Shown: positions 39,461 through 51,953, counted from the first letter of the stretch. The stretch is 64,000 bases of DNA from a virus (IMGVR_UViG_2885131123_000003:31504-95503); one strand, 5' to 3'. The notes: generated by a model from the sequence alone, not told the origin. A program made the numbers and translations.

Positions 39461-39784
39461 GTGGCAACGAAGTTCGGCAACGGACATCAAAAAACCTGTA
39501 AACTATCGTCTGACCCTGATTTCTTACTTTTCAAATTTTCTTGTAAAATCTCGTTGCTTTCGTTGCCGGAAACATAGATAGATAATAAAAATCCTTTATT
39601 TACGGGCTTTTTCCATATCAAAACCATAAATTTATCAGCAACGAACCCGGCAACCAACTGGCAACTATCCCGGCAACAGACCGTCCTTGTCAGGCGATCC
39701 ACTCCTGCGGAAGTTCCAGCTGACGGCATTCTTCTTCACTCAGTTCTACAAATCCACCTTCGTTGCTGGGTAGTTCGTTGCCGG
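39461..39784. repeat. GCAAC/GTTGC iteron-like cluster, candidate IME1 origin
   Basis: About ten (G)GCAAC units in both orientations around an AT-rich core at the end of the VirE-like gene. Confidence 0.55.
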
Positions 39785-41096
39785 AAGTGTCCCGTTCCCA
39801 GCCCTTTTGTCTGCCATATCCGGCAAACATCCGGGGATTGGAAAAAGGCTTCCAACCGGTCACGACCGTGTTCATGATCTCATTGATATTGTGGAGCTGC
39901 CACCGCTTCGGCTCATCAAAGGTATGTCCCAGCGCCTCCTTGAACAGCTGTTTTGAGCAGACCATGTTTCCGGTGTAGTGTTCCAGAAATCCCTGTATCT
40001 GTCCAGCTTCGGTGTCCTCCGGCATGAAGTCTTTCTGCACCTCCACCAGTTGACGCTGGATGGACTTGCTGAATTTCATGGAATACTTGCCGCTGTGGTA
40101 AATGCTCATAGCTTCTGCCCATACCTGCAACAGATACGCTCTGGAAGCGTCCTCGTCCTCCAAAATGTGAACCTCTGCCTTCTCCGGGTAAATCATGATT
40201 GGGAGAAAGCGCCGGTTCCCGGCTCGATCCAGCGGCAGAAAGTCCAGGGTATTCGAGGAACCACCGAACACGCACTGCCGAAGCCGGTCTTTAGGCTGAG
40301 ATTCATAAGGTGTCCGGTAGGTTTCCTTCTGTCGGCTAATAAAGGAACGGATTTCTTCAATGCTCTTTGCGCTGCTGGTGGCAAGCATCTCTGACATCTC
40401 AATGATCCAGTGACCTTGTAGCTTTTGGAATACCCGGTCGTCATCCAACTTCTTCAGGTCATCAGAGAACCATTCGTCCCGGATCGCCAGCAGTCGGAAG
40501 AATGTGGACTTCCCGGCACCCTGACCGCCCACCAAACAAAGCATTTCCTCATATTTGGAACCGGGACGGAATACCCGGCGTATAGCACCCAGCAGGAAAT
40601 GTTTCAGCATTTCTTCCACATAGTCACTTTCATCAGCACCAAGAAAATGGTGCAGACAGGATCGGATGCGTGGTGTACCGTCCCAGACAAGACTGTTCAG
40701 CACATCCTGAATTGGATGGTAACAATTTTCGTTTGCTACGATAGAAAGGGCAGCCGTGATCTTTTTCTCACTGGTCAGCTCATAGTTTCTCTCAAAATAG
40801 AGGAGAAGATATTTCACATCAGTATCCGTCAGAGCGCTGGTATTCCTGCGCCACCCCAAGTCCTGTACAATGTCTACCCGGTCAGTCAGGAGATTAAGCC
40901 GGATGGCATCCCGTAGGAGTGGATCGCAGCAGAACACAATCCGGCAGTTGTCAATGGTGTTGGCTGTTTTTCCCTTGTCGGTAACAGAAAGGCTCTGCCG
41001 CACCTCATCAACGCTCGGTTCCGGCGCTATGGCTTCGGCTGCGCTCATCACAGCCTGCTGGGTGGCTGGCGATAAACTCTGATATTCGCTGTTCAA
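39690..41096 (-). CDS. VirE/VapE-family helicase
   Basis: WDGTPRI, GGQGAGKST, IIEMSEM, GNRRF. Confidence 0.88.
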   Translation of the reverse strand: MNSEYQSLSPATQQAVMSAAEAIAPEPSVDEVRQSLSVTDKGKTANTIDNCRIVFCCDPLLRDAIRLNLLTDRVDIVQDLGWRRNTSALTDTDVKYLLLYFERNYELTSEKKITAALSIVANENCYHPIQDVLNSLVWDGTPRIRSCLHHFLGADESDYVEEMLKHFLLGAIRRVFRPGSKYEEMLCLVGGQGAGKSTFFRLLAIRDEWFSDDLKKLDDDRVFQKLQGHWIIEMSEMLATSSAKSIEEIRSFISRQKETYRTPYESQPKDRLRQCVFGGSSNTLDFLPLDRAGNRRFLPIMIYPEKAEVHILEDEDASRAYLLQVWAEAMSIYHSGKYSMKFSKSIQRQLVEVQKDFMPEDTEAGQIQGFLEHYTGNMVCSKQLFKEALGHTFDEPKRWQLHNINEIMNTVVTGWKPFSNPRMFAGYGRQKGWERDTSGNELPSNEGGFVELSEEECRQLELPQEWIA

Positions 41097-41661
41097 TTTT
41101 CCTCACCTCTTTTCCATACTCAGCAACTACAAAAGCTCGTTCTTCTATGCTGTCAGACAGAAGAAGATCCAACAGATATTCGATATATGGCTGCCTGTGC
41201 AGAGCCTCCACAAACAAAGGATTCCAGTCATCCTCCGGTTGTTTGGGCGCATATTCTTCTTTCCATCGTTCCAGCAAACGCAGGTAGTCGCACAGCACCC
41301 GAAAGCATTTCTGCTCTGCCTGCCGGTATCGCATTTCCTCGCTGATTTTTCTTTTGATTACTCTCTTTTGTGGCGGATCGTGGCCTTTGCGGTCAAAGCT
41401 GATTGAGAAGTCCTCTGCCAGCTTTAAGGCAGCTTCTTTACTGCTTAGTCCAAAAAGACGGGAAGTGAAATCAATCACATCTCCATCTGCCTGACAGGCA
41501 AAACAATGGAACCGTCTGTCCACCTTCATGCTGGGATGCCTGTCATCGTGAAACGGGCAACAAGCCATCCCGTTGCGTCCTACTGAAATTCCATAAACCA
41601 AAGCAGCCTGCCTTGTGGTAACAGACTGTTTTACTGCTTCAAATACATTCGTTTCTTCCAC
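41008..41661 (-). CDS. CHC2 zinc finger (primase-related) protein
   Basis: CCPFHDDRHPS..FHCFAC; start uncertain. Confidence 0.85.
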   Translation of the reverse strand: MEETNVFEAVKQSVTTRQAALVYGISVGRNGMACCPFHDDRHPSMKVDRRFHCFACQADGDVIDFTSRLFGLSSKEAALKLAEDFSISFDRKGHDPPQKRVIKRKISEEMRYRQAEQKCFRVLCDYLRLLERWKEEYAPKQPEDDWNPLFVEALHRQPYIEYLLDLLLSDSIEERAFVVAEYGKEVRKIEQRISEFIASHPAGCDERSRSHSAGTER

Positions 41662-41709
41662 CTCCAAACAATGCAAAAGGCATCCGGTTTCCATAGAAAA
41701 TCAGATGCC

Positions 41710-42954
41710 TCACAATTCCATATCCTGTTTTCTTGTTGGAGCAATCCGTCCTTCACGCTCCCAGCGCTCCCGGTTCTCCCGATCAGCGTCCAGTTTGCCT
41801 TGTGCCAGCTTCTCCTTAATGGATTTTCTGGCTTTATTTTTGATCTGCTCTTTGCCAGCCTGTTTGACCTCCGGTTTTAACAGCACCGCCTGTACCTTTT
41901 TGAGAACTTTTTCAGCAGACTGCTGTAATTTTTCTCGCACCCTACTCAGCAGAGTGTTCGCTATCTTCACAACTTCTGGCGAATTTTTGGCATTGGGCGA
42001 TACCACGCTCTTTCGATATTTCTCAATTACTTCCATATCTTCAAGCTGGGTTTGTTCCCGAACCTTGTCGGTCACAACCTCCACCGCCTTGTCATAGGCT
42101 GCACCGGAAACATCTTCCAGTAAGGTTTCTACATCCTCAATTTTTAGCGTCAGTTCCTCCAGCTTTTGCTCCTGTGTCGCCAGCTGCTCCTTCTGCTTCA
42201 TCAGGATATAATCCTGCTTTTCCAAATAGTCACGCCCACCATAAGACGGCTCCTGTTCCAGATGCAGCCCATGCCGTTTGGCAATGTCAAATAAGATTGT
42301 CCGACAGACTGCATCAAAAGTCTGTTTCCGGTTATTGTGCTTTCCTTTTGGCTGTTCCGGTTTAGGGAGAGGGATACCCAGTTCCTCCAACGCCTTTTCC
42401 TGCTGGGGGCACAGCTCTCCATACCGATTTTCACAGTCAAATACATGGCGCTCATGGATGTGCGGAGTCCCTTCATCCAGATGGAGCGCCCAGTCTAAAA
42501 TGTGGATATGAGAACCGAAACGGTTTTCAAATTCCTCATAAAATTCACTGACAATGAGCGCTAAAGTCTCCGGCGGAACGGATTCTTCCATAGTGCCGAT
42601 CTGGTAGATGCTTTCTTCTGGACAGGTCTTGTTATTTTTCAAAAGATCATCCACAGTGCGATTGCGCTCAATGTGCCGGGTTTTCTCGTTCCGGGCGTTC
42701 TGAGCATTGACATGGTCGGCATAATGCTCGTAGTAATACATCCGTTCAATTTCCTCAAAGCTGAAATCCGGCTGCTCTGGGTTTTCCCGAAAGTCGTGGG
42801 TGGTAAAGCCCCGGTAACAGTCCCAGTACACATTTTGTCTGGCACGCTCAGCGTCAATGTGTTCGCTATTTTCTACATCGAACCGACGGTCATTGTGCCG
42901 GGGATTGTAAGTGCCATGCTTCCCAGATCGTCCATTGTGTCTTGTTAATTTCAA
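41710..42954 (-). CDS. MobV/Pre-like relaxase
   Basis: HNDR and HLDEGTPHIH motifs; coiled-coil tail; TTG start after AGGAGG. Confidence 0.8.
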   Translation of the reverse strand: MKLTRHNGRSGKHGTYNPRHNDRRFDVENSEHIDAERARQNVYWDCYRGFTTHDFRENPEQPDFSFEEIERMYYYEHYADHVNAQNARNEKTRHIERNRTVDDLLKNNKTCPEESIYQIGTMEESVPPETLALIVSEFYEEFENRFGSHIHILDWALHLDEGTPHIHERHVFDCENRYGELCPQQEKALEELGIPLPKPEQPKGKHNNRKQTFDAVCRTILFDIAKRHGLHLEQEPSYGGRDYLEKQDYILMKQKEQLATQEQKLEELTLKIEDVETLLEDVSGAAYDKAVEVVTDKVREQTQLEDMEVIEKYRKSVVSPNAKNSPEVVKIANTLLSRVREKLQQSAEKVLKKVQAVLLKPEVKQAGKEQIKNKARKSIKEKLAQGKLDADRENRERWEREGRIAPTRKQDMEL

Positions 42955-43024
42955 ACATTTTTCCTCCTTCCTGCAAAGATGTTCTGGGCTGGGGAGGGCG
43001 GCAAAGCCGCCAGACCTGCGAAGT

Positions 43025-43060
43025 TTTGCGTCAGGTAATACCCAGTACAAGTTGACGCAG
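43025..43060 (-). promoter_or_regulatory. Candidate oriT hairpin of IME1
   Basis: Minus strand TGCGTCAA-cttgtactgggtattacc-TGACGCA, directly upstream of mob. Confidence 0.5.
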
Positions 43061-43379
43061 GCATCAACTTTCCCTGGGCAAGGCGTTTCACCCTTGACCC
43101 GATGAGGCTGGCTGCCCTCAACCCGCCAATGGGCGTTGCCCCTTGACCCCAGCAGTGCGCTGCCGCCCCTGCACCCCGGCACAAAGGGCTGGCTGCCCTC
43201 TGTACTCCCGCACCGGCGAAGCTGGCCTTCACCGCAGAAGCGGTTTTTGCCAGTTTCACCGGCTCCGTATCCGTACATTTACGCCCATAGGCGAGAAGTG
43301 GATACAGAATACGCCTGCGGAAATTGCCAATCAAAACAGCGGGTGCAGACCCGATATTTTTTCGTAAATCGCCCTCATT

Positions 43380-43685
43380 TTAAGCGATTTTTTCTTCTGT
43401 CTGTATGACCTGAAAGCCATGCTCTTTTGCGTACTCCCTTGCAGCTGCCAGCCGTTCTTCGCTGTACGGCGGCACCAGCCGGATCGAAAGTCGGGACTTG
43501 TCCAGTACATAGGTCACGCTACCTTCCGGCGTACTGCGTTCCAAGCGGCACAGCAGAGGGTACTTCCGGCTGAAATCCTCCAGTCTGCGTTTCAAGCTGG
43601 CATTGAAGGTGTAGATACTGGCAATCGTCTCGCCCTCATTCCAGTTGATGATGGTTTCTTTTTCATATTTAGACAGCTTCCTCAT
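43380..43685 (-). CDS. Hypothetical protein
   Basis: GAGG RBS; ETIINWNE. Confidence 0.65.
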   Translation of the reverse strand: MRKLSKYEKETIINWNEGETIASIYTFNASLKRRLEDFSRKYPLLCRLERSTPEGSVTYVLDKSRLSIRLVPPYSEERLAAAREYAKEHGFQVIQTEEKIA

Positions 43686-43962
43686 ACAGTTCCTCCTCAT
43701 AATCAGTGTTTGCTTTCAGCGCACGCAGACTGCGTCTAATCCGGCGGTATTCGTCCATCTCCATACGCAGATGATGGTAAAAGGCTTCGTACCACCTTTC
43801 CTCTGTCTCTGTCTCAATTTTACGAGCAAGATGAAGCATCTGGCTTTTCGCCTCCGGGTCAACAGTCAATGCTGTCAGCCATTTCAGCCTTGTCACTGTG
43901 TTGTGATGGCTGGGGCAGGCGTAAGCGTAAAGTATTTTCTTTTCCTTCATATTCAGTTTCAT
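43669..43962 (-). CDS. Hypothetical protein
   Basis: GGAGG RBS; coupled to the next gene. Confidence 0.65.
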   Translation of the reverse strand: MKLNMKEKKILYAYACPSHHNTVTRLKWLTALTVDPEAKSQMLHLARKIETETEERWYEAFYHHLRMEMDEYRRIRRSLRALKANTDYEEELYEEAV

Positions 43963-44302
43963 AATGATCTACCTCCATTCATTTGATGCGGTATGTCCCG
44001 CATCGTTTATTTTTCTGTCTGCCGGTCTGTCTGCAAAATATTCCTGCCCGGATTCTCTCCCAGCGTATTGTCCTCTTTGGTGCGCTCTTATCGTGGCGTC
44101 ACTTCCCCGGAGGTCATCCCCCTTGCAGTCGGTCATTCATTTTTCAAGGTTCTATGTCTCCTGACAAGAACCAGTTTACCGAAAAAAGAGGGCTTCTCCC
44201 GTATGTCCAAGACGCAGGAAAATCACACGAAAACCGCATATTTCCACGCTCTCGGAAATGTGCTATAATGGAAAACAAAACCGTTGGCAAGGAGGTGCTT
44301 TG

Positions 44303-45151
44303 ATGTACACAAAACTGTCGATCCCGGAACGGCTCAAAGACCTGCGGGTGGTGGATAAGCACCTGACGCTGGAACAGCTGGCAGAACAGACCGGCCTGTC
44401 TAAGTCGGCACTGGGAAAATATGAGAGCGATGACTACAAAGACATCAGCCCATTTGCGATTGCGACACTGGCAAAGTTTTACGGTGTGTCCACTGATTAT
44501 CTGATGGGTGTGTCAGAAAATAAAAATCACCCAAACACGGAGCTTCAAGCTCTGCATCTGAGTGACGCTATGGTGGAACTTTTGAGCAGCGGAAAGATCA
44601 ACAACCGCCTGCTTTGTGAACTGGCGACTCATCCAAATTTTTTGCGGCTGATGGTTGATATGGAAATCTTTATTGACCAGATCGCTGATATGCGAGTGAA
44701 CCAGATGAATCTGATTCTGGAAGCTACCCGGCAGACCATTCTGAAAGAACACGCACCGGGAGAAAATGATCTGTATATGCGGACGCTGGAATTGGGTCAG
44801 GTACAGGAGAACGATTTTTACAGCCATATCCTTCATGATGATCTGGACAGCATTGTCCGGGATATACGGGAAGCCCATTTGAAAGACAAGACCACAGCCG
44901 ACCCACAGCCAACACTGGATGAGGTCAAAGAGAATTTTGAACAGGCCATACAGATGGGAACCGACACAGAAGCTATGATCCATGAGTTCTGTGATAAAAT
45001 GCAGATTCCTTTTGAAAACATTTCATCCGAGGACTTTTCGGCTTTTCTGCGGATACTGAGCCTGTCCAAACTGCTTAAAAACCCAAACAATATGCGGGGA
45101 AAAGCCAAGTCACAGCCGTATTATATGCCAAAAAAGAAAAAGCGCAGGTAG
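44303..45151 (+). CDS. XRE-family HTH regulator
   Basis: LTLEQLAEQTGLSKSALGKYE; divergent promoter with TGcTATAAT near 44261. Confidence 0.85.
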   Translation: MYTKLSIPERLKDLRVVDKHLTLEQLAEQTGLSKSALGKYESDDYKDISPFAIATLAKFYGVSTDYLMGVSENKNHPNTELQALHLSDAMVELLSSGKINNRLLCELATHPNFLRLMVDMEIFIDQIADMRVNQMNLILEATRQTILKEHAPGENDLYMRTLELGQVQENDFYSHILHDDLDSIVRDIREAHLKDKTTADPQPTLDEVKENFEQAIQMGTDTEAMIHEFCDKMQIPFENISSEDFSAFLRILSLSKLLKNPNNMRGKAKSQPYYMPKKKKRR

Positions 45152-45201
45152 CAAAAAGGCCATCCACTATAAAAGTGAATGGCCTCAGTTTTTCCACCTT
45201 C

Positions 45202-46631
<1,430 letters not shown>

Positions 46632-46632
<1 letters not shown>

Positions 46633-48041
46633 TGATGCTGAAAGGAAAAACAGTAATTGAACTTACAGATGTCCATACCGGCAAAAAGGAGCACTACGAA
46701 GACACAAACCTGGTGACGGAAGCCGCGATGGATGTTCTGAACTGCAACATTAAAGGAATGCTTTATAACAGCACCACATTTAATGGCTCCACTGGAGATG
46801 ATTGGATGCTGCCGCTTAAGAAAAATATCATGGGCGGCATCCTTTTATATCAGAATGCACTTGAGGAGCGTGCAGACAATATCTATGCTCCACTGAATAA
46901 TCCGCTGATCGGCTATGCCTCGGATGATGCCAATAACACAGAGGATATCCGGCGAGGCAGTCGGAACCTCACCGAGAGCAAGGAAGTGGATGGCGGTTAC
47001 CGTTTTGTCTGGGATTTTGCAACTTCTCAGGCAAATGGAACGATTTCTGCTATCTGCCTATCCAACACTCTGGCCGGAAAAGGAACGCAATATGCCGGTA
47101 ACTACATGGTCAGAATTGGTACCTGGTCAGCAAATGTTCAGGATAAATATAAGCCTTACTGCATGCGTGGGAACAAGCGCGTTTATATCGGTGAAGGTTA
47201 TCGCCTGGAAATGACCACTTACAATAACTCTACGCAGGCCACGCTTCGAAAGATTCATGATGATTATCTTCATGCAGCGCTCGTTGATCGACCGCTGACA
47301 AGAATGACCACGGAGGCAGATGAGGAAACCACAATCGAGCTGAACCATTACCCTTCCTACTACCACTATATTGGAGGACAGAAGGATGGAACGGAGGAAC
47401 CATATAACGATAATTCTGGAATCTGGAATTATCTGTATCATGGTGCTGACGGAAAATGGTATGGATTAGTTCGACGAGCAAACCGAAAGTACAATTATAC
47501 CAGCGGCAACAAGGACTACTACACTCACCAGAATTACGAGTGGTATATGGACTGTATTGACGGCAATAAATGCACTACACAAAAAATCGTAGCGCCAAGC
47601 GACATCAGTGAATTCTACAGCTTGGGTATGAGCGGAAAATGGCTCATGTGCTATACCGGCAATCAGGTGTATCGCATTGATACCACCAATGTGGCAAACA
47701 TTGAGCTGGTGCCGAATATCACCTATGTTTCGTCAACCGTGTGGACCTATATTGTGGATGATGACATCGTAATCAACGGCTGGTATTTTCTGAACGGCGA
47801 GCCAAAGCTCTATGTACGAGATACACCGGATGCGAGCTATGCATCCTGGGGACGAAACCAGATGACTCGATATAAGACCTACGCGCTTCGTGAATGGATA
47901 TTTCAATCGAATGTCTACAATCTGTACCGGGAGCTGTTCTTGATTACTCCCTACCTTGCCACCATCAATAACCTGGGCACTCCGGTCATCAAGACCGCAG
48001 ATAAGACTATGAAAATCACATACACCATAACAGAGGAATAA
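46632..48041 (+). CDS. Distal tail / receptor-binding-like protein
   Basis: GGAGG RBS; WDFATSQANGTI and KTADKTMKITY ends; last gene before holin. Confidence 0.7.
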
Positions 48042-48119
48042 CTCTGTATCATTTCGGAATCAAGCATCTCATCATGAGATGCTTTTTTCATACTCAAAAT
48101 TCAAAGGAGGAACAACATC

Positions 48120-48533
48120 ATGAAAGAATTCTGGAACACGATTCAATTTGTATTTGCAGGTATCGGCGGATGGCTTGGCTACTTCCTCGGCGGCTGTGAC
48201 GGTCTGCTTTACGCACTGCTTGCCTTTGTGGTAATCGACTACATCACCGGGGTGATGTGCGCCATTGCAGACAAGAACCTCTCCAGCGAGGTCGGCTTCA
48301 GGGGCATCTGCCGAAAGGTGCTCATCTTCCTGCTGGTCGGAATTGCAAACGTCCTTGATGTGCAGGTCATTGGCACCGGCAGTGTGCTGAGAACCGCTGT
48401 GATTTTCTTCTACATTTCCAATGAAGGTGTGAGCCTTCTGGAGAACGCAGCTCATCTCGGACTGCCTGTGCCGGAGAAAATCAAAATCGTATTAGAACAG
48501 CTCCATGACAGAGCAGAAAGTGAGGAAAAATAA
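48120..48533 (+). CDS. Phage holin (toxin secretion/phage lysis family)
   Basis: IDYITG, NEGVSLLEN, transmembrane segments. Confidence 0.9.
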   Translation: MKEFWNTIQFVFAGIGGWLGYFLGGCDGLLYALLAFVVIDYITGVMCAIADKNLSSEVGFRGICRKVLIFLLVGIANVLDVQVIGTGSVLRTAVIFFYISNEGVSLLENAAHLGLPVPEKIKIVLEQLHDRAESEEK

Positions 48534-48534
48534 A

Positions 48535-49470
48535 ATGGCTTATACAAACAGCTCTCTGGTGTCTTACACCAAACTCAGCCCGAATCACTCTGGACAGCGC
48601 ACCCATAGCATTGACCGCATTACGCCGCACTGCGTGGTAGGTCAGCTTTCCTGTGAGAGTATCTGTGGATGCTTTACCAGTCCTTCTCGTCAGGCTTCCT
48701 GCAACTATGGCATCGGCACTGACGGACGCATTTCCTTATGTGTTGAAGAGAAAAATCGTAGCTGGTGCTCCTCTTCTAATGCCAATGACCAGAGAGCCAT
48801 CACCATCGAATGTGCCTCTGACAAGTCGGAGCCTTATGCGATGAATGATAAGGTCTACGCTTCCCTTATCTCGCTCTGCACCGACATCTGCAAGCGTAAT
48901 GGCAAGAAGAAGCTTTTATGGTTTGGGGATAAGAACAAGGCCTTGAATTATGCACCAAAGTCCGATGAGATGGTGATCACTGTCCACAGATGGTTTGCCA
49001 ACAAATCCTGCCCTGGCAACTGGCTCTATGCCCGTCTCGGTGATCTGGCCGCAAAGGTTACTGCAAATCTTGGTGGAAGCACTTCTTCTACTGAGGGTAC
49101 CCTTTATCGTGTACAAGTCGGAGCTTATAAGAGCAAGGCCAATGCTGATGCACAGCTTGCCCACGTAAAGGCCGCTGGCTTTGATACCTATATGGTACAG
49201 ATCGGAGGGCTCTATAAGATTCAGGTTGGTGCTTACCGTGAAAAATCCAATGCTGACAACATGATGGCAAAGCTCAAGGCTGCCGGTTTTGATGCCTTCA
49301 TCACAACAGAATCAGATGCCTCTGTTTCAACGCTCAAATCCATTGATGAAATCGCGCGTGAGGTCATCCGTGGTGACTGGGGTAATGGCGCTGACAGAAG
49401 AAATCGCCTTACTTCTGCCGGATATGATTATGCGTCTGTACAGGCAAAAGTAAATGAATTACTGGGATAA
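48535..49470 (+). CDS. Endolysin: amidase_2, two SPOR-like repeats, CW_7-like domain
   Basis: ITPHC, ASCNY, TIEC, HRWF..KSCPG; YRVQVGAY; IAREVIRGDWGNG. Confidence 0.9.
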   Translation: MAYTNSSLVSYTKLSPNHSGQRTHSIDRITPHCVVGQLSCESICGCFTSPSRQASCNYGIGTDGRISLCVEEKNRSWCSSSNANDQRAITIECASDKSEPYAMNDKVYASLISLCTDICKRNGKKKLLWFGDKNKALNYAPKSDEMVITVHRWFANKSCPGNWLYARLGDLAAKVTANLGGSTSSTEGTLYRVQVGAYKSKANADAQLAHVKAAGFDTYMVQIGGLYKIQVGAYREKSNADNMMAKLKAAGFDAFITTESDASVSTLKSIDEIAREVIRGDWGNGADRRNRLTSAGYDYASVQAKVNELLG

Positions 49471-49475
49471 CCATC

Positions 49476-49519
49476 AGGGTCTATGTGGATTTGCGTCCAT
49501 ATAGGCCCTTTTTCTTTTT
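49476..49519 (+). terminator. Terminator after the lysis genes
   Basis: AGGGTCTATGTGGA...TCCATATAGGCCCT followed by T tract. Confidence 0.7.
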
Positions 49520-49522
49520 GTC

Positions 49523-49617
49523 TGCAAGGTGTATCAATGGTGCTTTCCTAACTTTTCTATAGACCTATTTTTATAGCCTATAAAGAAGTTTATACATAGA
49601 CCTTGATGTACCTTGTC
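49523..49617. repeat. Inverted homolog of the 11745-11839 palindrome (copy B)
   Basis: TGCAAGGTGTATCAATGGT is the exact reverse complement of 11821-11839; similarity continues over about 95 bp. Confidence 0.7.
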
Positions 49618-49624
49618 ATTTTTA

Positions 49625-49654
49625 TCCGCTCAAATCCACCACGAATCTCCAGTG
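49625..49654 (+). promoter_or_regulatory. Phage-specific promoter motif, copy 3
   Basis: TCCGCTCAA-N11-ATCTCCAGTG. Confidence 0.7.
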
Positions 49655-49687
49655 GAAAGTGAAGAACTGAAACTGGAGGTACTTTTC

Positions 49688-49924
49688 ATGCAGAAAGAAA
49701 CAAAAGCAGTATTACAGGCAACGGATATCGCTTCTCATCTAAAGGCCGTACCGATATTATCAATCGAAATTCAACAGGATTACGACTACTTCATGGCCCA
49801 AAGAGCCAGCAAAGCGCTGCTCTCCTCTGGACTTATTTCCTTGGTGGAATTCAACAAATTGACGCAGCTAAACCGCGATACATTCTCTCCGATGTTCGTC
49901 GAGATTATGCCCAGAATCACTTGA
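49688..49924 (+). CDS. Small SHOCT-like protein
   Basis: GGAGG RBS; LLSSGLISLVEF. Confidence 0.7.
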   Translation: MQKETKAVLQATDIASHLKAVPILSIEIQQDYDYFMAQRASKALLSSGLISLVEFNKLTQLNRDTFSPMFVEIMPRIT

Positions 49925-49977
49925 TATATGTGGCCTTTAGAGTGATGTATATACACTGACAAAGGAGGTGAATCACC

Positions 49978-51537
49978 ATGAAGAAGGTAACCAAAATTGA
50001 TAAAATCCAACCTTCACAGACTTCGAAAAAGAAGCTCCGTGTGGCTGCTTACTGCCGCGTTTCCACGGATTCTGATGCACAGCTCGAAAGTCTGGATGCA
50101 CAGAAAGAGCACTATAAAAACTACATCACCTCCCGTGATGACTGGACCTTTGCAGGGCTCTACTTTGACGAAGGTATCACCGGCACCAAGGCTGATAAAA
50201 GGCCAATGCTCCTGCGACTAATCGAAGATTGTAAAGCAAAGAAAATCGACTTTGTAATCACCAAGTCCATCAGCCGCCTCTCCCGAAATACTACAGACTG
50301 CTTGGATATAGTAAGAACGCTTCTGTCACTGGATATTCCGATCTATTTTGAAAAGGAAAATATCAACACCGGCTCGATGGAAAGTGAGCTTTTTCTTTCC
50401 ATCCTAAGCTCTATGGCCGAAGGCGAATCCGCTTCGATTTCCGAAAATAACAAGTGGAGCATTAAGAAACGCTTCCTGGATGGAAGCTATAAGCTTGGCT
50501 ATGTGCCTTATGGCTACCGCTGGAAGGATGGAGAAATCCTGGTAGATCCTGCGCAGGCTGAAATTGTAAAACGCATCTTTCGAGAGCTTCTTTCCGGGAA
50601 AGGCACGGAGGCCATTGCCAAGGAGCTGAACCAGGAACAGGTTCCAACCAAGAAGGGCGGTCGCTGGACCTCTACCAGTATTCGCGATATCATCAGGAAT
50701 GAAAAATACACCGGTGACTGCATTTTCCAGAAGACCTATACCGACAGCAATTTTAATCGTCACAAGAATGACGGTCACCTCGATCAGTACTATGTGCCAG
50801 ATCACCATGAAGCAATTATCAGCCATGAGGATTTTGAAGCTGCAGCAGCCTTGATTGAACAGCGGGCAAGCGAGAAAGGCATCAAGAAGGGAAATGCTAA
50901 GTATCAACAGCGCTATGCCTTTTCCAGCAAGATTATCTGCGGCGAATGCGGGAATACCTTCCGTAGGAGAATCCATTCCAGCACCTACGGGAAATACGCA
51001 GCATGGGTGTGCAACACTCACCTGGAGGACAACAGCAGGTGCTCTATGCTTTATATCCGTGATGATGATTTGAAGCTGGCATTTACCACGATGATCAATA
51101 AGCTGATCTACTGCCACAAGCTGGTCCTGAAGCCTTATTTGAAAGCGTTACAGGAAAACACCGGCGATGCATCGCTTCTGAGTATCCAACAATTAGAAAT
51201 ACTGCTGGAGCAGAACACCGAACAGCGAGAAACCCTGCATAAGCTGATGGGACAAGGCTACATTGACCAGATTCTTTATACCCAGGAAAATAATGCCCTT
51301 CTCTCCCAGGCTGGCGAATATAGGAACCAAATTGAGCTCCTAAATCGCTCCCAATCACTGGATGCCACAAAGGTATACGAGACGGAGCGCCTGCTACACT
51401 TCTGCGAACGTGGGGAAATGCAGCTGGAATACCGTGAAGAATTATTTGAACTATTCGTGGATCACATTGAGGTTTACAGCCGCCAGAAAATCGGCTTTGC
51501 ACTTCATTGTGGTCTTATTTTGAAGGAGATGATTTGA
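49978..51537 (+). CDS. Large serine recombinase 1
   Basis: [19 protein letters not shown]. Confidence 0.93.
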   Translation: MKKVTKIDKIQPSQTSKKKLRVAAYCRVSTDSDAQLESLDAQKEHYKNYITSRDDWTFAGLYFDEGITGTKADKRPMLLRLIEDCKAKKIDFVITKSISRLSRNTTDCLDIVRTLLSLDIPIYFEKENINTGSMESELFLSILSSMAEGESASISENNKWSIKKRFLDGSYKLGYVPYGYRWKDGEILVDPAQAEIVKRIFRELLSGKGTEAIAKELNQEQVPTKKGGRWTSTSIRDIIRNEKYTGDCIFQKTYTDSNFNRHKNDGHLDQYYVPDHHEAIISHEDFEAAAALIEQRASEKGIKKGNAKYQQRYAFSSKIICGECGNTFRRRIHSSTYGKYAAWVCNTHLEDNSRCSMLYIRDDDLKLAFTTMINKLIYCHKLVLKPYLKALQENTGDASLLSIQQLEILLEQNTEQRETLHKLMGQGYIDQILYTQENNALLSQAGEYRNQIELLNRSQSLDATKVYETERLLHFCERGEMQLEYREELFELFVDHIEVYSRQKIGFALHCGLILKEMI

Positions 51538-51952
51538 TGGGACACACACCCTTCGGTTATCGGATCGAGAATGGCAAAGCAGTGATAGACGAAGCTGCTG
51601 CCTCTCAGGTTCGAAACCTTTACAAGAATTATTTACGCGGTCTATCCCTTACCAATGCCGCGAAGGAAGCCGGGCTTGCCCTTCTCCATGCAGGTGCCAA
51701 GCGCATGATGCTAAACAGGCATTACCTCGGAGATGACTTCTACCCGGCCATCATTGATCCGGCATCCTTCGACGCCGTCAGTGCGGAGCTTACCAAACGC
51801 TCCACAAAGCTCGGACGGAATGACCGCTGTATTGCACCAATCATAAAAAGGCCACCGACAGCCTTTCGACTTGGTGACATTACAGAGAATTATGAAAATC
51901 CGGTCAGGCAGGCAGAATACCTATACAGCCTGATAGAAAGCGAGGTCAAATA

Positions 51953-51953
<1 letters not shown>
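51537..51953 (+). CDS. Short recombinase-domain protein
   Basis: [16 protein letters not shown]; no catalytic domain. Confidence 0.8.

Noticed and set aside
42955-43334. Long N-terminal extension of the relaxase and overlapping ORFs
   Set aside because: GC-rich palindromic oriT region; an RBS supports the TTG at 42954
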